Shown here: positions 1 to 17,147 of the stretch, one piece after another
How the letters are laid out: every line of letters begins with the position of its first letter
Position numbering within the stretch: position 1 is the stretch's first letter
Origin: Squalus acanthias
Lineage: Eukaryota
NCBI GenBank assembly: GCA_030390025.1
Contig: CM059433.1
Span: 29,948,001 to 30,012,000, forward strand
DNA length: 64,000 nucleotides
Direction of reading: 5' to 3'
Made by a program: the position numbers and the translations under genes
The notes under the pieces: model-generated
The model's input: only the letters and a program-made list of their open reading frames with translations
Told to the model about the DNA's origin: nothing
Databases searched by the model: none

Positions 1-3000
1 CACTACCATCACACAGAAATATACAACACAGAAATATAGAACTACACCGAAATATACAACACAGAAATATACAATGCAGAAATATACCACAACACAGAAA
101 TATACAGCAACACAGAAATGAACAACAACACAGAAATATACCACAACACAAAAATATACAACACAGAAATGTACAACAACACAGAAATATATCACAACAC
201 TGAAATATACAACACAGAAATATAAAACAAATAAATATACAACACAGAAATATACCACAACACAGAAAAAGACAATAAGACTGAAATATACCACAAAACA
301 GAAATATACAACACAGAAATATACCACAACACAGAAATATACAACAACACAGAAATATACAACAACAAAGAAATATACAACAACACTGAAATATACCACA
401 ACACAGAAATGTACATCAACACACAAATATTCCACACAGGTATATACCACAACACCTAAATATACCACAACAGAGAAATATACAACACAGAACTATACCA
501 TCACACAGAAATATACAACACAGAAATATACATCAACGCAGAAATATACCACAACACAGAAATATACAACAACACAGAAATATACAACAAAGAAATATAC
601 AACACAGAAATATACCACAACACAGACATATACAACAATGCAGAAATATACAACACTGAAATATACAACACAGAAATATAAAACAATGAAATATATAACA
701 CAGAAATATACAACACAGAAATATACCACAACACAGAAATATACAACACAGAAATATACCAAAACACAGACATATACAACACAGAACACTACCATCACAC
801 AGAAATATACAACACAGAAATATAGAACTACACCGAAATGTACAAAACAGAAATATACAATGCAGAAATATACCACAACACAGAAATATACAGCAACACA
901 GAAATGAACAACAACACAGAAATATACCACAACACAAAAATATACAACACAGAAATGTACAACAACACAGAAATATATAACAACACAGAAATATACAAGA
1001 ACACAGAAATGTACCACAACACAGAAATATACCACAACACAGAAATATACAACACAGAACACTACCATCACACAGAAATATACAACACAGAAATATAGAA
1101 CTACGCAGAAATATACAACACAGAAATATACAATGCAGAAATATACCACAACACAGAAATATACAACAACACAGAAATATACCACAACACAAAAATATAC
1201 AACAACACAGAAATGTACAGCAACACAGAAATATATAACAACACAGAAATATACAAGAACACAGAAATATACCACAACACCGAAATATACCACAACACAG
1301 AAATATACCACAACACTGAAATATACAACACAGAAATGTAAAACAAAGAAATATACAACACAGAAATATACAACAACACAGAAATGTACAACAACACAGA
1401 AATATATAACAACACAGAAATATACAACAACACAGAAATGTACAACAACACATAAATATATAACAACACAGAAATATACAACAACACTGAAATATACAAC
1501 ACAGAAATATAAAGCAATGAAATATATAACACAGAAATATACAACACAGAAATATACAACACAGAAATATACCAAAACACAGACATATACAACACAGAAC
1601 ACTACCATCACACAGAAATATACAACACAGAAATATAGAACTACGCCAAAATATACAACACAGAAATATACAATGCAGAAATATACCACAACACAGAAAT
1701 ATACAGCAACACAGAACTGAACAACAACACAGAAATATACCACAACACAAAAATATACAACACAGAAATGTACAACAACACAGAAATATATAACAACACA
1801 GAAATATACAAGAACACAGAAATGTACCACAACACTGAAATATACAACACAGAAATATAAAACAAAGAAATATACAACTACGCAAAAATATACAACACAG
1901 AAATATGCCACAACACAGAAACATACAACACAGAAATACAACACAGAAATATACAACACAGAAATATACCACAACACAGAAAAATACAACAACACAGAAA
2001 TATACAACACAAAAATATACCACAACACAGAAATATACCACAACACAGCAACATACAATAACACAGAAATATTAAACAACACCAAAGAATAAAACACAGA
2101 TAGATACAACACAGAAATATTCCTGAAAACAGAGATATGCAACAATACATAAATATACCACAACACAGAAATATGCAACACAGAAATATGCAACACAGAA
2201 ATGTACAACAACACTGAAATATACCACAACACAGCAACATACAATAACACAGAAATATTAAACAACACCAAAGAATAAAACACAGAAAGATACAACACAG
2301 AAATATGCCTGAAAACAGAGATATACAACATCACAGAAATTTACAACACAGAAATATACCACCACACAGAAATATACAAAAGCACAGAAATATACCACAA
2401 CACAGAAATATACAACAACACGGAAATATAGAACAAGACAGAAATATACCACAACACAGAAATATACAACAATACTGAAATATAACACAACACAGAAATA
2501 TACAACAAAGAAATATACAACAACACTGAAATATAACACAACACAAAAATATACCACAACACAGAAATATAAAACAACACAGAAATATACAGCAGCACAG
2601 AAATCTACCACAACACAGAAATTTACCACAACACTGAAATATACATCACAGAAATATGCAACAACAAAGAAATATACAACAACACTGAAATATACCACAA
2701 CACAGAAATATACAACAAAGAATTATAGCGCACAGAAATATACTAAAACACTGAAATATACAGCATTGAAAAATACAACAACACAGAAATATGCAACAAC
2801 ACAGAAATATACAACACAGAAATATACAACAACACAGAAATATACAAAAACACAGAAATATACCACAACACAGAAATATACCACAACACGGAAATATACA
2901 ACAACACTGATATATACCACAACACAGAAATATACCACCACACTGAAATAAACATCAACACAGAAATATACAACACAGAAATGCATAAAAGAAATGTACA

Positions 3001-3077
3001 ACACAGCAATATACCACGACACAGAAATATACCACAATTCAAAAAGATACCATCACACAGAAATATACAACAACACA

Positions 3078-3194
3078 GGGCTGGATTTTCTCAATGGGGG
3101 CGCGTTGGATGCGGGTACCCACTCCCAGTTTCATCCATTTTCCCAGCAGTCCCGCCTCCATACCGGCCTCCGCAGGGCTGGGAAAATTCCAGCC
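3078..3194 (+). mobile_element. Internally deleted 117-bp copy of the satellite-embedded Harbinger-like MITE (ends only)
   Basis: Starts GGGCTGGATTTTC and ends GAAAATTCCAGCC, identical to the termini of the 780-bp copies; ACA on both flanks. Confidence 0.8.
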
Positions 3195-6058
3195 ACAGAA
3201 ATATACCACAACACAGAAATATACAACTACACAGAAATATAACACGTCACAGAAGTATACAACAACACAGAAATATACAACAAAGAAATATACAACAACA
3301 CTGAAATATAGCACAACACAGAAATATACAACAAAAAAATATACAACTACACAGAAATATACAATACTGAAATATAACACAACACAGAAATATACCACAA
3401 CACTGAAATATACAACAACACTGAAATATAACACAACACAAAAATATACCACAACACAGAAATATACAACACAGAAATATACAACACAGAACTGTACAAC
3501 ACAGAAATATACAACAACTCAGAAATATACAACAACTTAGAAATATACAGCATAGAAATATACAACAACACATAAATATACAAAATGGAAATATACACCA
3601 CAGAAATATACAACACAGAAATATGCCACAACATCGAAATATACAACACAGAAATATACCACAACACAGAAAAATACAACAACACAGAAATATACAACAC
3701 AAAAATATACCACAACACAGAAATATACAAAAACAACACATAAATGTACAACAACACAGAAATATACCACAACACAGCAATATATAATAACACAGAAATA
3801 TTAAACAACACCAAAAAATACAACACAGAAATATACAACACAGAAATATACCTGAAACCAGAGATATGCAACAATACATAAATATACCACAACACATAAA
3901 TATCCCACAACACAGAAATATGCAACACAGAAATATGCAACACAGAAATGTACAACAACACTGAAATATACCACAACACAGCAACTTACAATAACACAGA
4001 AATATTAAACAACACCAAAGAATAAAAAACATAAATAAACAACACAGAAATATGCCTGAAACCAGAGATATACAACATCACAGAAATATACAACACAGAA
4101 ATATACCACCACACAGAAATATACAAAAGCACAGAAATATACCACAACACAGAAATATACAACAACACGGAAATATAGAACAAGACAGAAATATACCACA
4201 ATACAGAAAAATACAACAACAGAGAAACATACCACAACACAGAAATATACCACAAAACTGAAATATACAACAACACAGAAATGTACAACAACACAGAAAT
4301 ATACAACAACACAGAAATATGCAACACAGAAATTTACAACAACACAGAAATATTAAACAACACCGAAATATACAACACAGGAATATGCCTGAAACCAGAG
4401 GTATATAACAACACAGAAATATGCAACAATGCTGAAATATACAACAACACTAAAATATACAACACAGAAATATATAACCCAGAAATATACCACAACACAG
4501 CAATACACAACAACACAGAAATATACAACATGGAAATATACAATATGGAAATATCCCAGAACACAGATATATACAACAACACAGAAATATACCAAAACAC
4601 AGAAATATACAACAACACAGAAATATACCACAACACAGAAATATACAGCAACACAGAAATATACAACAAGAGTGAAATATACCACAACACAGAAATTTAC
4701 AACACAGAAATATGACACAACACAGAAATATACCACAACACTGAAATATACAACAACACAGAAATGTACAACACAGAAAAATGCAACAACACAGATATAT
4801 ACAACACAGAAATATGCAACAACACAGATATATACAACACAGAAATATACAACACAGAAATATACAACACAGGAATATACCACAAAACAGAAATATACAA
4901 TAACACTGAAACATATAACACAGAAATATACAACACAGAAATATGCAACAACACAGAAATATACAGCAACACAAAAAATATACCACAACACAGAAATATA
5001 CAACAAAATGGAAATATAGAACAACACAGAAATATACCACAATACAGAAAAATACAACAACAGAGAAACATACCACAACACAGAAATATACCACAACACT
5101 GAAATATACAACAACACAGAAATGTACAAAACAGAAATATGCAACAACACAGAAATATACAGCAACACAGAAATCTACCACAACACAGAAATGTACAACA
5201 ACACAAAAATATACAACAACACAGAAATATATCACAACTCAGAAATATATCAAAATACTGAAATATACAACAACACAGAAATATTCAACAACACAGAAAT
5301 ATACAACAACACAGAAATATACAACACAGAAATATACAACACAGGAACATAGCACAACACAGAAATATACAACAACACTGAAATATATAACACAGAAATA
5401 TACAATGCAGAAATATACCACAACACAGAAATATACAACAATACTGAAATATAACACAACACAGAAATATACAACAACACAGAAATATACAGCAACACAG
5501 AAATCTACCACAACACAGAAATTTACCACAACACTGAAATATACAACAACACAGAAATGTACAACACAGAACTATGCAACAACACAGAAATATACAACAA
5601 CACTGAAATATACCACAACACAGAAATATACAACAAAGAATTATAGCGCACAGAAATATACTAAAACACTGAAATATACAGCATTGAAAAATACAACAAC
5701 ACAGAAATATGCAACAACACAGAATTATACAACACAGAAATATACAACAACACAGAAATATACAAAAACACAGAATTATACCACAACACAGAAATATACC
5801 ACAACACAGAAATATACCACCACACTGAAATAAACAACAACACTGAAATATACAACAAAGAAATATAGAACACAGAAATATACAGCACAAAAATATGCAA
5901 CAACACAGAAATGTACATCAACACAGAAATATACAACACAGAAATGCATAAAAGAAATGTACAACACAGCAATATACCACAACACAGAAATATACCACAA
6001 CACAAAAATATACCACAACACAAAAAGATACCATCACACAGAAATATACAACAACACA

Positions 6059-6838
6059 GGGCTGGATTTTCTCAATAGGGGCGCGTTGGATGCGGGACTG
6101 CTGGTTGTCGGGTTTCAGTCCCGCCCCATTGACGTCTGGCCAACCCACGCTATTTTCCCTTGATTGTCCTTGTTAAGCCCGGGCTTAGCAGACCCATTAA
6201 GGGAAAGCCAGTGACAGAGGACGTCAGCTTACGAAATTTTTGACAGATGAATTGTCAGCGTTTGACAGCTTTGAGAAGCTGTCAAACACTGACAATCTCT
6301 GTTCTAATGTAAGCCCTTGTACTGAAGACTCACCAAACCTCTCTCCTTTGCAGAAATCAGATGGCTGCTGCATCGGAGAATGCAGCAGCCTTTCTGTCAA
6401 CTCTGCTGTTGAGATGAGGCACCTCCAGATCCCCAACGGTTGAAGCCTGCAGGAAGAAGCGAAGGTAAGTAAGCTTTTTCTAACACTTCACACTCACCTC
6501 TCACACTTACCTCTCCACACTTGCACCCATCAATCACCTCCACAGCGGACTTTTCAATCTCTCTCACCCCCGCAGACCCGCTGCTCGCCTCGCTGACCCT
6601 GGCAGGGTTTCCCGACATGGGGAAGCCCGCACTTGCAGGGGTAAAATGGGGATAAGCCTCTTAACTGCCTGATAACTCCGTGAGGAGACGGGACCCTGCG
6701 CGAGTCGGGAACCCGCCTCCCAGGAAGATGGTAGGGTGGTGGGTTGGGAGCGGGGTTGGTACCCGCTCCCAGTTTCATCCATTTTCCCAGCAGTCCCGCC
6801 TCCATACCGGCCTCCGCAGGGCTGGGAAAATTCCAGCC
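6059..6838 (+). mobile_element. ~780-bp non-autonomous DNA transposon (PIF/Harbinger-like MITE), array copy B
   Basis: Imperfect 13-bp TIRs GGGCTGGATTTTC...GAAAATTCCAGCC; 3-bp ACA duplication inside a satellite monomer; homologous to the solo copy at 61468-62295. Confidence 0.8.
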
Positions 6839-7628
6839 ACAGAAATATACCACAACACAGAAATATATAACTACACAGAAATATAACACGTCACAGAAGT
6901 ATACAACAACACAGAAATATACAACAAAGAAATATACAACAACACTGAAATATAACACAACACAAAAATATACCACAACACAGAAATATACAACAATACT
7001 GAAATATAACACAACACAGAAATATACAACAAAGAAATATACAACAACACTGAAATATAACACAACACAAAAATATACCACAACACAGAAATATAAAACA
7101 ACACAGAAATATACAGCAGCACAGAAATCTACCACAACACAGAAATTTACCACAACACTGAAATATACAACAACACAGAAATGTACAACACAGAAATATG
7201 CAACAACACAGAAATATAAAACAACACTGAAATATACCACAACACAGAAATATACAACAAAGAATTATAGCGCACAGAAATATAATAAAACACTCAAATA
7301 TACAGCATTGAAAAATACAACACAGAAATATGCAACAACACAGAAATATACAACACAGAAATATACCAAAACACAGAAATATACAAAAACACAGAAATAT
7401 ACCACAACACAGAAATATACCACAACACAGAAATAAACAACAACACTGAAATATAGCACAACACAGAAATATACAACAAAGAAATATAGAACACAGAAAT
7501 ATACAGCACAAAAATGCATAAAAGAAATGTACAACACAGCAATATACCACGACACAGAAATATACCACAACACAAATATATACCACAACACAAAAAGATA
7601 CCATCACACAGAAATATACAACAACACA

Positions 7629-8407
7629 GGGCTGGATTTTCTCAATAGGGGCGCGTTGGATGCGGGACTGCTGGTTGTCGAGTTTCAGTCCCGCCCCAAT
7701 GACGTCTGGCCAACCCACGCTATTTTCCCTTGATTGTCCTTGTTAAGCCCGGGCTTAGCAGGCCCATTAAGGGAAAGCCAGTGACAGAGGACGTCAGCTT
7801 ACGAAATTTTTGACAGATGAATTGTCAGCGTTTGACAGCTTTGAGAAGCTGTCAAACACTGACAATCTCTGTTCTAATGTAAGCCCTTGTACTGAAGACT
7901 CACCAAACCTCTCTCCTTTGCAGAAATCAGATGGCTGCTGCATCGGAGAATGCAGCAGCCTTTCTGTCAACTCTGCTGTTGAGATGAGGCACCTCCGGAT
8001 CCCCAACGGTTGAAGCCTGCAGGAAGAAGCGAAGGTAAGTAAGCTTTTTCTAACACTTCACACTCACCTCTCACACTTACCTCTCCACACTTGCACCCAT
8101 CAATCACCTCCACAGCGGACTTTTCAATCTCTCTCACCCCCGCAGACCCGCTGCTCGCCTCGCTGACCCTGGCAGAGTTTCCGACATGGGGAAGCCCGCA
8201 CTTGCAGGGGTAAAATGGGGATAAGCCTCTTAACTGCCTGATAACTCCGTGAGGAGACGGGACCCTGCGCGAGTCGGGAACCCGCCTCCCGGGAAGATGG
8301 TAAAGTGGTGGGTTGGGAGCGGGGTTGGTACCCGCTCCCAGTTTCATCCATTTTCCCAGCAGTCCCGCCTCCATACCGGCCTCCGCAGGGCTGGGAAAAT
8401 TCCAGCC
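7629..8407 (+). mobile_element. Harbinger-like MITE, array copy C
   Basis: Near-identical to copy B, 1570 bp downstream, with the same flanking satellite variants. Confidence 0.8.
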
Positions 8408-11400
8408 ACAGAAATATACCACAACACAGAAATATATAACTACACAGAAATATAATACGTCACAGAAGTATACAACAACACAGAAATATACAACAAAGAA
8501 ATATACAACAACACTGAAATATAACACAACACAAAAATATACCACAACACAGAAATATACAACACAGAAATATACCAAAACACAGAAATAAACAACAACA
8601 CTGAAATATAGCACAACACAGAAATATACAACAAAGAAATATAGAACACAGAAATATACAACACTGAAATATAACACAACACAGAAATATACCACAACAC
8701 AGAAATACACAACAACACTGAAATATACAACAAAGAAATATACAACACAGAAATATACAGCAACACAGAAGTCTACCACAACACAGAAATATACAAAAAC
8801 ACAAAAATATACAACACAGAAATATACAAGAATACAGTAATATACAACAACACAGAAATATAAAACAACACAGAATTATACAACAAAGAAATATACAACA
8901 CAGAAGTCTACCACAACACAGAAATATACAAAAACACAAAAATATATAACACAGAAATATACAAGAATACAGTAATATACAACAGCAGAAAAATATACAA
9001 CAACACAGAAATATAGCACAACACAGAAATATACAACAAAAAAATATACAACTACACAGAAATATACAACACTGAAATATAACACAACACAGAAATATAC
9101 CACAACACAGAAATATACAACAGCACTGAAATATAACACAACACAAAAGTATACCACAACACAGAAATATACCACAACACAGAAATATACAACAACACAG
9201 AAATATACAGCAACACTGAAATATAGCACAACACAGAAATATACAACAAAAAAATATACAACTACACAGAAATATACAACACTGAAATATAACACAACAC
9301 AGAAATATACCACAACACAGAAATATACAACAACACTGAAATATAACACAACACAAAAATATACCACAACACAGTAATATACCACAACACAGAAATACAC
9401 AACAACACAGAAATATACAACAAAGAAATATACAACACAGAAATATACAGCAACACAGAAGTCTACCACAACACAGAAATATACAAAAACACAAAAATAT
9501 ACAACACAGAAATATGCAAGAATACAGTAATATACAACAACACAGAAATATAAAACAACACAGAAATATACAACAAAGAAATATACAACACAGAAGTCTA
9601 CCACAACACAGAAATATACAAAAACACAAAAATATATAAACAGAAATATACAAGAATACAGTAATATACAACAGCAGAGAAATATACAACAACACAGAAA
9701 TATAGCACAACACAGAAATATACAACAAAAAAATATACAACTACACAGAAATATACAACACTGAAATATAACACAACACAGAAATATACCACAACACAGA
9801 AATATACAACAACACTGAAATATAACACAACACAAAAATATACCACAACACAGAAATATACCACAACACAGAAATATACAACAACACAGAAATATACAAC
9901 AAAGAAATATACAACAACACAGACATATACAGCAACACAGAAGTATATCACAACACAGAAATACACAACAACACAGAAATATAAAACAACACAGAAATAT
10001 ACAACAAAGAAATATACAACACAGAAGTCTACCACAACACAGAAATATACAAAAACACAAAAATATATAACACAGAAATATACAAGAATACAGTAATTTA
10101 CAACAGCAGAAAAATATACAACAACACAGAAATATACAACACAAAAATATACAACACAATTATATACCACAACACAGAAATATACCTTAACACAGAAATA
10201 AACACTGAAATTTTCCACAACACAGAAATAAACAAAAACACAGAAATATACAACAATGAAATATACAACACAGAAATGTACCACAACACAGAAATATACA
10301 ACACACAGAAATGTACAACACAGAAATATGAAACAATGAAATATATAACACAAAAATGTACAACAACACAGAAATTTACCACACAGAAATGCATAACACA
10401 GAAATGTACCACAACACAAAAATATACCCTCACACTGAAATATGCAACACAGAAATATACAACACAGAAATGTACAACAACACAGAAAAATACATCAACA
10501 CAGAAATATACAACAACGCAAAAATATAAAACAACAGAGAAATATACAACAAAGAAATATACAACACAGAAATATACCACAACACAGAAATATAAAACAA
10601 CACAGAAATATACAACACAGAAATATACAACACAGAAATATACCACAACACAGAAATACACAACACAGAAATATACCACTACACAGAAATAGAGAAAAAC
10701 ACAGAAATATACTACAACACAGTAAAATACAACAACACAGAAATATACCACAACGCATAAAAATACCACAACACAGAAATATACAACAAAACAGAAATAT
10801 ACCACAACACAGAAATATACTACAACACAGAAATATATAACAACACAGAAATATACAACACAGAAATATACCACAACACAGAAATATACCACAACACAGA
10901 AATATACAACTCAAAAATATACAACACAGAAATATACAACAAAACAGAAATATAAAACAACACAGAAATATACAACAAAGAAATATACAACACAAAAATA
11001 TAACACAAAACAGAAATATACAAAAGCACAGAAATATCTAACAACACAGAAATATACAACAACACAAAAATATACAACACAGAAATATACAACAACACAG
11101 AAATATATCACAACACAGAAATATACAACAACACAGAAATATATCAAAACACATAAATATACAACACAGAAATATGCAAAAACACAGAAATATACACCAA
11201 CACAGAAATATATCACAACACAGAAATATAGCGCACAGAAATAAATCACAACACATAAATGTACAACACAGAAATAATCCAAACAATGAAATATATAACA
11301 CAAAAATATACAACAACACAGAAATGTACCACACAGAAATGCATAACAACACAGAAATGTACCACAACACAAAAATATACCCTCACACTGAAATATACAA

Positions 11401-14400
11401 CACAAAAATATACAACACAGAAATGTACAACAACACAGAAATATACAACAAAGAAATATACAACACAGAAATATACCACAACACAGAAATATAAAACAAA
11501 ACAGAAATATACAACAAAGAAATATACAACACAGAAATATACCACAACACAGAAATATACAACACAGAAATATACAACACAGAACTAAATAACAATGTAA
11601 TTTATAACACAAAAATATACGACAACACATAAATCTACGACACAGAAATACATAACAAAACAGAAATATACCCTCACAGATAAATATGCAACGCAGAAAT
11701 ATAGAGCAACACTGAAATATACAATGCAGAATTATACAATAATACAGAAATATAACACAACAGAGAAATGTACAACAACACAGAAATATGTAACAAAGAA
11801 ATATACCACTACACAGAATAATAGAACAACACAGAAATATACTACAACACAGTAAAATACAACAACACAGAAATATACCACAACACAGAAAAATACAACA
11901 ACACAGAAATATACAATATCGCAGAAATATAACACAACACAGAAATATACAACAAAGGAATATACAACACAAAAATATAAAACAACACAGAAATAAACAA
12001 CAAAGAAATATACAACAACACAGAAATATAACACAACACAGAAATATACAACTACACAGAAATATACAACAACGCAGAAATATACCACAACACAGAAATA
12101 TACAATAGCACAGAAATATACCAAAACACAGAATTATACAACAAAAACAGAAATATACATCAACACTGAAATATACCACAACACAGAAATATACAATAGC
12201 ACAGAAATATAACAAAACACAGAAATATACAACAAAAACAGAAATATACATCAACACTGAAATATTCCACAATACAGAAATATACAACACAGAAATATAT
12301 CACAACACAGAAATATACAAGACTGAAATATAAAACAATAAAATATACAACACAGAAATTTACCACAACACAAAAATATACCATCACACAGAAATATACT
12401 ACACAGAAATATAACACAACACAGAAATGTACAACAACACAGAACTATTCCCTCACACATAAATATACAACACAGAAATATCGAGCAACACTGAAATATA
12501 CAACACAGAAATATACAATGCAGAAGAATACAACAACACAGAAATATAACACAACACAGAAATGTACAACAACACAGAAATATATAACAAAGAAATATAC
12601 CACTACACAGAAATAGAGAAAAACACAGAAATATACTACAACACAGTCAAATACAACAACACAGAAATATACCACAACGCATAAAAATACCACAACACAG
12701 AAATATACAACAAAACAGAAATATACCACAACACAGAAATATACTACAACACAGAAATATACAACAACACAGAAATATACAACACAGAAATATACCACAA
12801 CACAGAAATATACCACAACACAGAAATATACAACTCAAAAATATACAACACAGAAATATACAACAAAACAGAAATATAAAACAACACAGAAAAATACAAC
12901 AAAGAAATATACAACACAAAAATATAACACAAAACAGAAATATACAAAAGCACAGAAATATACAACAAAAACAGAAATATACCAAAACACAGAAATATAC
13001 AACAAAAACAGAAATATACATCAACACTGAAATATTCCACAATACAGAAATATACAACACAGAAATATATCACAACACAGAAATATACAAGACTGAAATA
13101 TAAAACAATAAAATATACAACACAGAAATATACCACAACACAGAAATATACAACAACACAGAAATATACCACAACATAGAAATATGCAACAATGAAATAT
13201 ACCACAACACAGAAATATACCACAACACAGAAATATACCACAACACACAAATATACCACAACACAGAAATATACAGCAACACAGAAATATACCACAACAC
13301 AGAAATATAAAACAATGAAATATACCACAACACAGAAATATACCACAACACAGAAAAATACCGCAATACAGAAAAATACGACAACACAGAAATATACAAC
13401 AAAGAAATATACAACAACGCAGAAAAATACCACAACACAGAAATATACAACAAAGAAATATACAACACAGAAATATACCACAACACAGAAATGTACAACA
13501 CAGAAATATACCACAATGAAATATACAACAACACAGAAAGATACCACAACACAGAAATATACCACAACACACAAATATACCACAACACAGAAATATACAG
13601 CAACACAGAAATATTCCACAACACAGAAATATAAAACAATGAAATATATAACAAAAAAATATACAACACAGAAATGTACATCAACACAGAAATTTGCTGC
13701 ACAGAAATGCATAACCACACAGATATGTACAACACAGGAATATGCCACAATAGTGAAATATACCACAACACAGAAATATACAACACAGAAATATACCACA
13801 ACACTGAAATATACAACACAGAAATATACATCAGCACAGAAATATACCAAAACCCAGAAATATACAAAAACACATTTATATACAACACAGAAATATACCA
13901 CAACACAGATATATACAACACAGAAATATACCACAACACAGAAATGTACAACACAGAAATATACCGCAATGAAATATACAACAACACAGAAATATACCAC
14001 AACACAAAAATATACCACAACACACAAATATACCACAACACAGAAATATACAGCAACACAAAAATTTACCACAACACAAAAATATACCATCACACAGAAA
14101 TATACTACACAGAAATATAACACAACACAGAAATGTACAACAACACAGAACTATTCCCTCATACAAAAATATACAACACAGAAATATAGAGCAACACTAA
14201 AATATACAAGACAGAAATATACAATGCAGAAGAATACAACAACACAGAAATATAACACAACACAGAAATGTACAACAACACAGAAATATATAACAAAGAA
14301 ATATACCACTACACAGAAATAGAGAAAAACACAGAAATATACTACAACACAGTAAAATACAACAACACAGAAATATACCACAACACATAAAAATACCACA

Positions 14401-16711
14401 ACACAGAAATATACAACAAAACAGAAATATACCACAACACAGAAATATACTACAACACAGAAATATACAACAACACAGAAATATACAACACAGAAATATA
14501 CCACAACACAGAAATATACCACAACACAGAAATATACAACTCAAAAATATACAACACAGAAATATACAACAAAACAGAAATATAAAACAACACAGAAATA
14601 TACAACAAAGAAATATACAACACAAAAATATAACACAAAACAGAAATATACAAAAGCACAGAAATATCTAACAACACAGAAATATACAACAACACAAAAA
14701 TATACAACACAGAAATATACAACAACACAGAAATATATCACAACACAGAAATATACAACAACACAGAAATATATCAAAACACATAAATATACAACACAGA
14801 AATATGCAAAAACACAGAAATATACACCAACACAGAAATATATAACAACACAGAAATATGGCACACAGAAATAAATCACAACACATAAATGTACAACACA
14901 GAAATATTCCAAACAATGAAATATATAACACAAAAATATACAACAACACAGAAATGTACCACACAGAAATGCATAACAACACAGAAATGTACCACAACAC
15001 AAAAACATACCCTCACACTGAAATATACAACACAGAAATGTACAACAACACAGAAAAATACATCAACACAGAAATATACAACAACACAGAAATATACAAC
15101 AAAGAAATATACAACACAGAAATATACCACAACACAGAAATATACAACAAAGAAATATACAACACAGAAATATACCACAACACAGAAATATAAAACAAAA
15201 CAGAAATATACAACAAAGAAATATACAACACAGAAATATACCACAACACAGAAATATACAACACAGAAATATACAACACAGAACTAAATAACAATGTAAT
15301 TTATAACACAAAAATATACAACAACACATAAATCTACGACACAGAAATACATAACAAAACAGAAATATACCCTCACAGATAAATATGCAACACAGAAATA
15401 TAGAGCAACACTGAAATATACAACGCCGAATTATACAATAATACAGAAATATAACACAACAGAGAAATGTACAACAACACAGAAATATGTAACAAAGAAA
15501 TATACCACTACACAGAAATATAGAACAACACAGAAATATACTATTACACAGTAAAATACAACAACACAGAAATATACCACAACACAGAAAAATACAACAA
15601 CACAGAAATATACAATATCGCAGAAATATAACACAACACAGAAATATACAACAAAGGAATATACAACACAAAAATATAAAACAACACAGAAATATACAAC
15701 AACACAGAAATATAACACAACACAGAAATATACAACTACACAGAAATATACAACAACGCAGAAATATACCACAACACAGAAATATACAATAGCACAGAAA
15801 TATACCAAAACACAGAAATATACAACAAAAACAGAAATATACATCAACACTGAAATATTCCACAATACAGAAATATACAACACAGAAATATATCACAACA
15901 CAGAAATATACAAGACTGAAATATAAAACAATAAAATATACAACACAAAAATGCATAACAGCACAGAAATTTACCACAACACAAAAATATACCATCACAC
16001 AGAAATATACTACACAGAAATATAACACAACACAGAAATGTACAACAACACAGAACTATTCAACAAAGAAATATACAACTACACAGAAATCTACCACAAC
16101 ACAGAAAAATACAACAACAGAAAAATATACAATATGGCAGAAAAATACCACAACATAGAAATATACAACAAAGAAATATACAACACAGAAATATACCACA
16201 ACACAGAAATATACAACAACACAGAAATATACCACAACATAGAAATATACAACAATGAAATATACCACAACACAGAAATATACCACAACACAGAAATATA
16301 CCACAACACACAAATATACCACAACACAGAAATATACAGCAACACAGAAATATACCACAACACAGAAATATAAAACAATGAAATATACCACAACACAGAA
16401 AAATACCGCAACACAGAAAAATACGACAACACAGAAATATACAACAAAGAAATGTAGAACAACACAGAAATATACCACAACACAGAAATATACAACAAAG
16501 AAATATTCAACACAGAAATATACCACAACACAGAAATGTACAACACAGAAATATACCACAATGAAATATACAACAACACAGAAAGATACCACAACACAGA
16601 AATATACCACAACACACAAATATACCACAACACAGAAATATACAGCAACACAGAAATATACCACAACACAGAAATATAAAACAATGAAATATATAACAAA
16701 AAAATATACAA

Positions 16712-17147
16712 CAACACGGTGGCATAGTGGTTAGCACTGGTGCCTCACAGCGCCAGAGACCCGGGTTCGAATCTGACCTCGGGTGACTGTCTGTGTGGAG
16801 TTTGCACATTCTCCCTGTGTCTGCGTGGGTTTCCTCCGGGTGCTCCGGTTTCCTCCCACAGTCCAAAAATGTGTGGGTTAGGTTGATTTGGCTATGATAA
16901 ATTGACCCTTAGTGTTAGGGGGGATTAAATATGTGGGGTTATGGGGATAGGATGGGATATGTTAGGGGGAATTAAATACGTGGGGTTACGGGGGTAGGGT
17001 GGGATATGTGTACTGTGGGGATTAAAGCAGGGACAGGGTACTGGATTTGGATGATCAGCCATGATCGTATTGAATGGCGGAGCAGGCTCGACGGGCCGAA
17101 TGGCCTACTCCTGCTCCTAGATTCTATGTTTCTATGTTTCTATGTTT
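16712..17147 (+). mobile_element. tRNA-derived SINE (HE1/V-SINE-like) with CR1-type 3' tail, near full length
   Basis: A box TGGCATAGTGG and B box GGTTCGAATC; V-SINE-like core GTGGAGTTTGCACATTCTCC..GGGTTTCCTCCGGGTGCTCCGGTTTCCTCCCACA; (TCTATGTT)n tail. Confidence 0.9.

Noticed and set aside
6224..6443. Recurrent 67-70 aa ORFs in MITE copies (MTDELSAF.. / MGIRRCL..)
   Set aside because: They recur only because the copies are duplicates; non-ATG starts, broken in copies F and G and in the solo copy
16716..16790. tRNA gene
   Set aside because: The A/B boxes belong to a SINE head that continues into the SINE body and LINE-like tail
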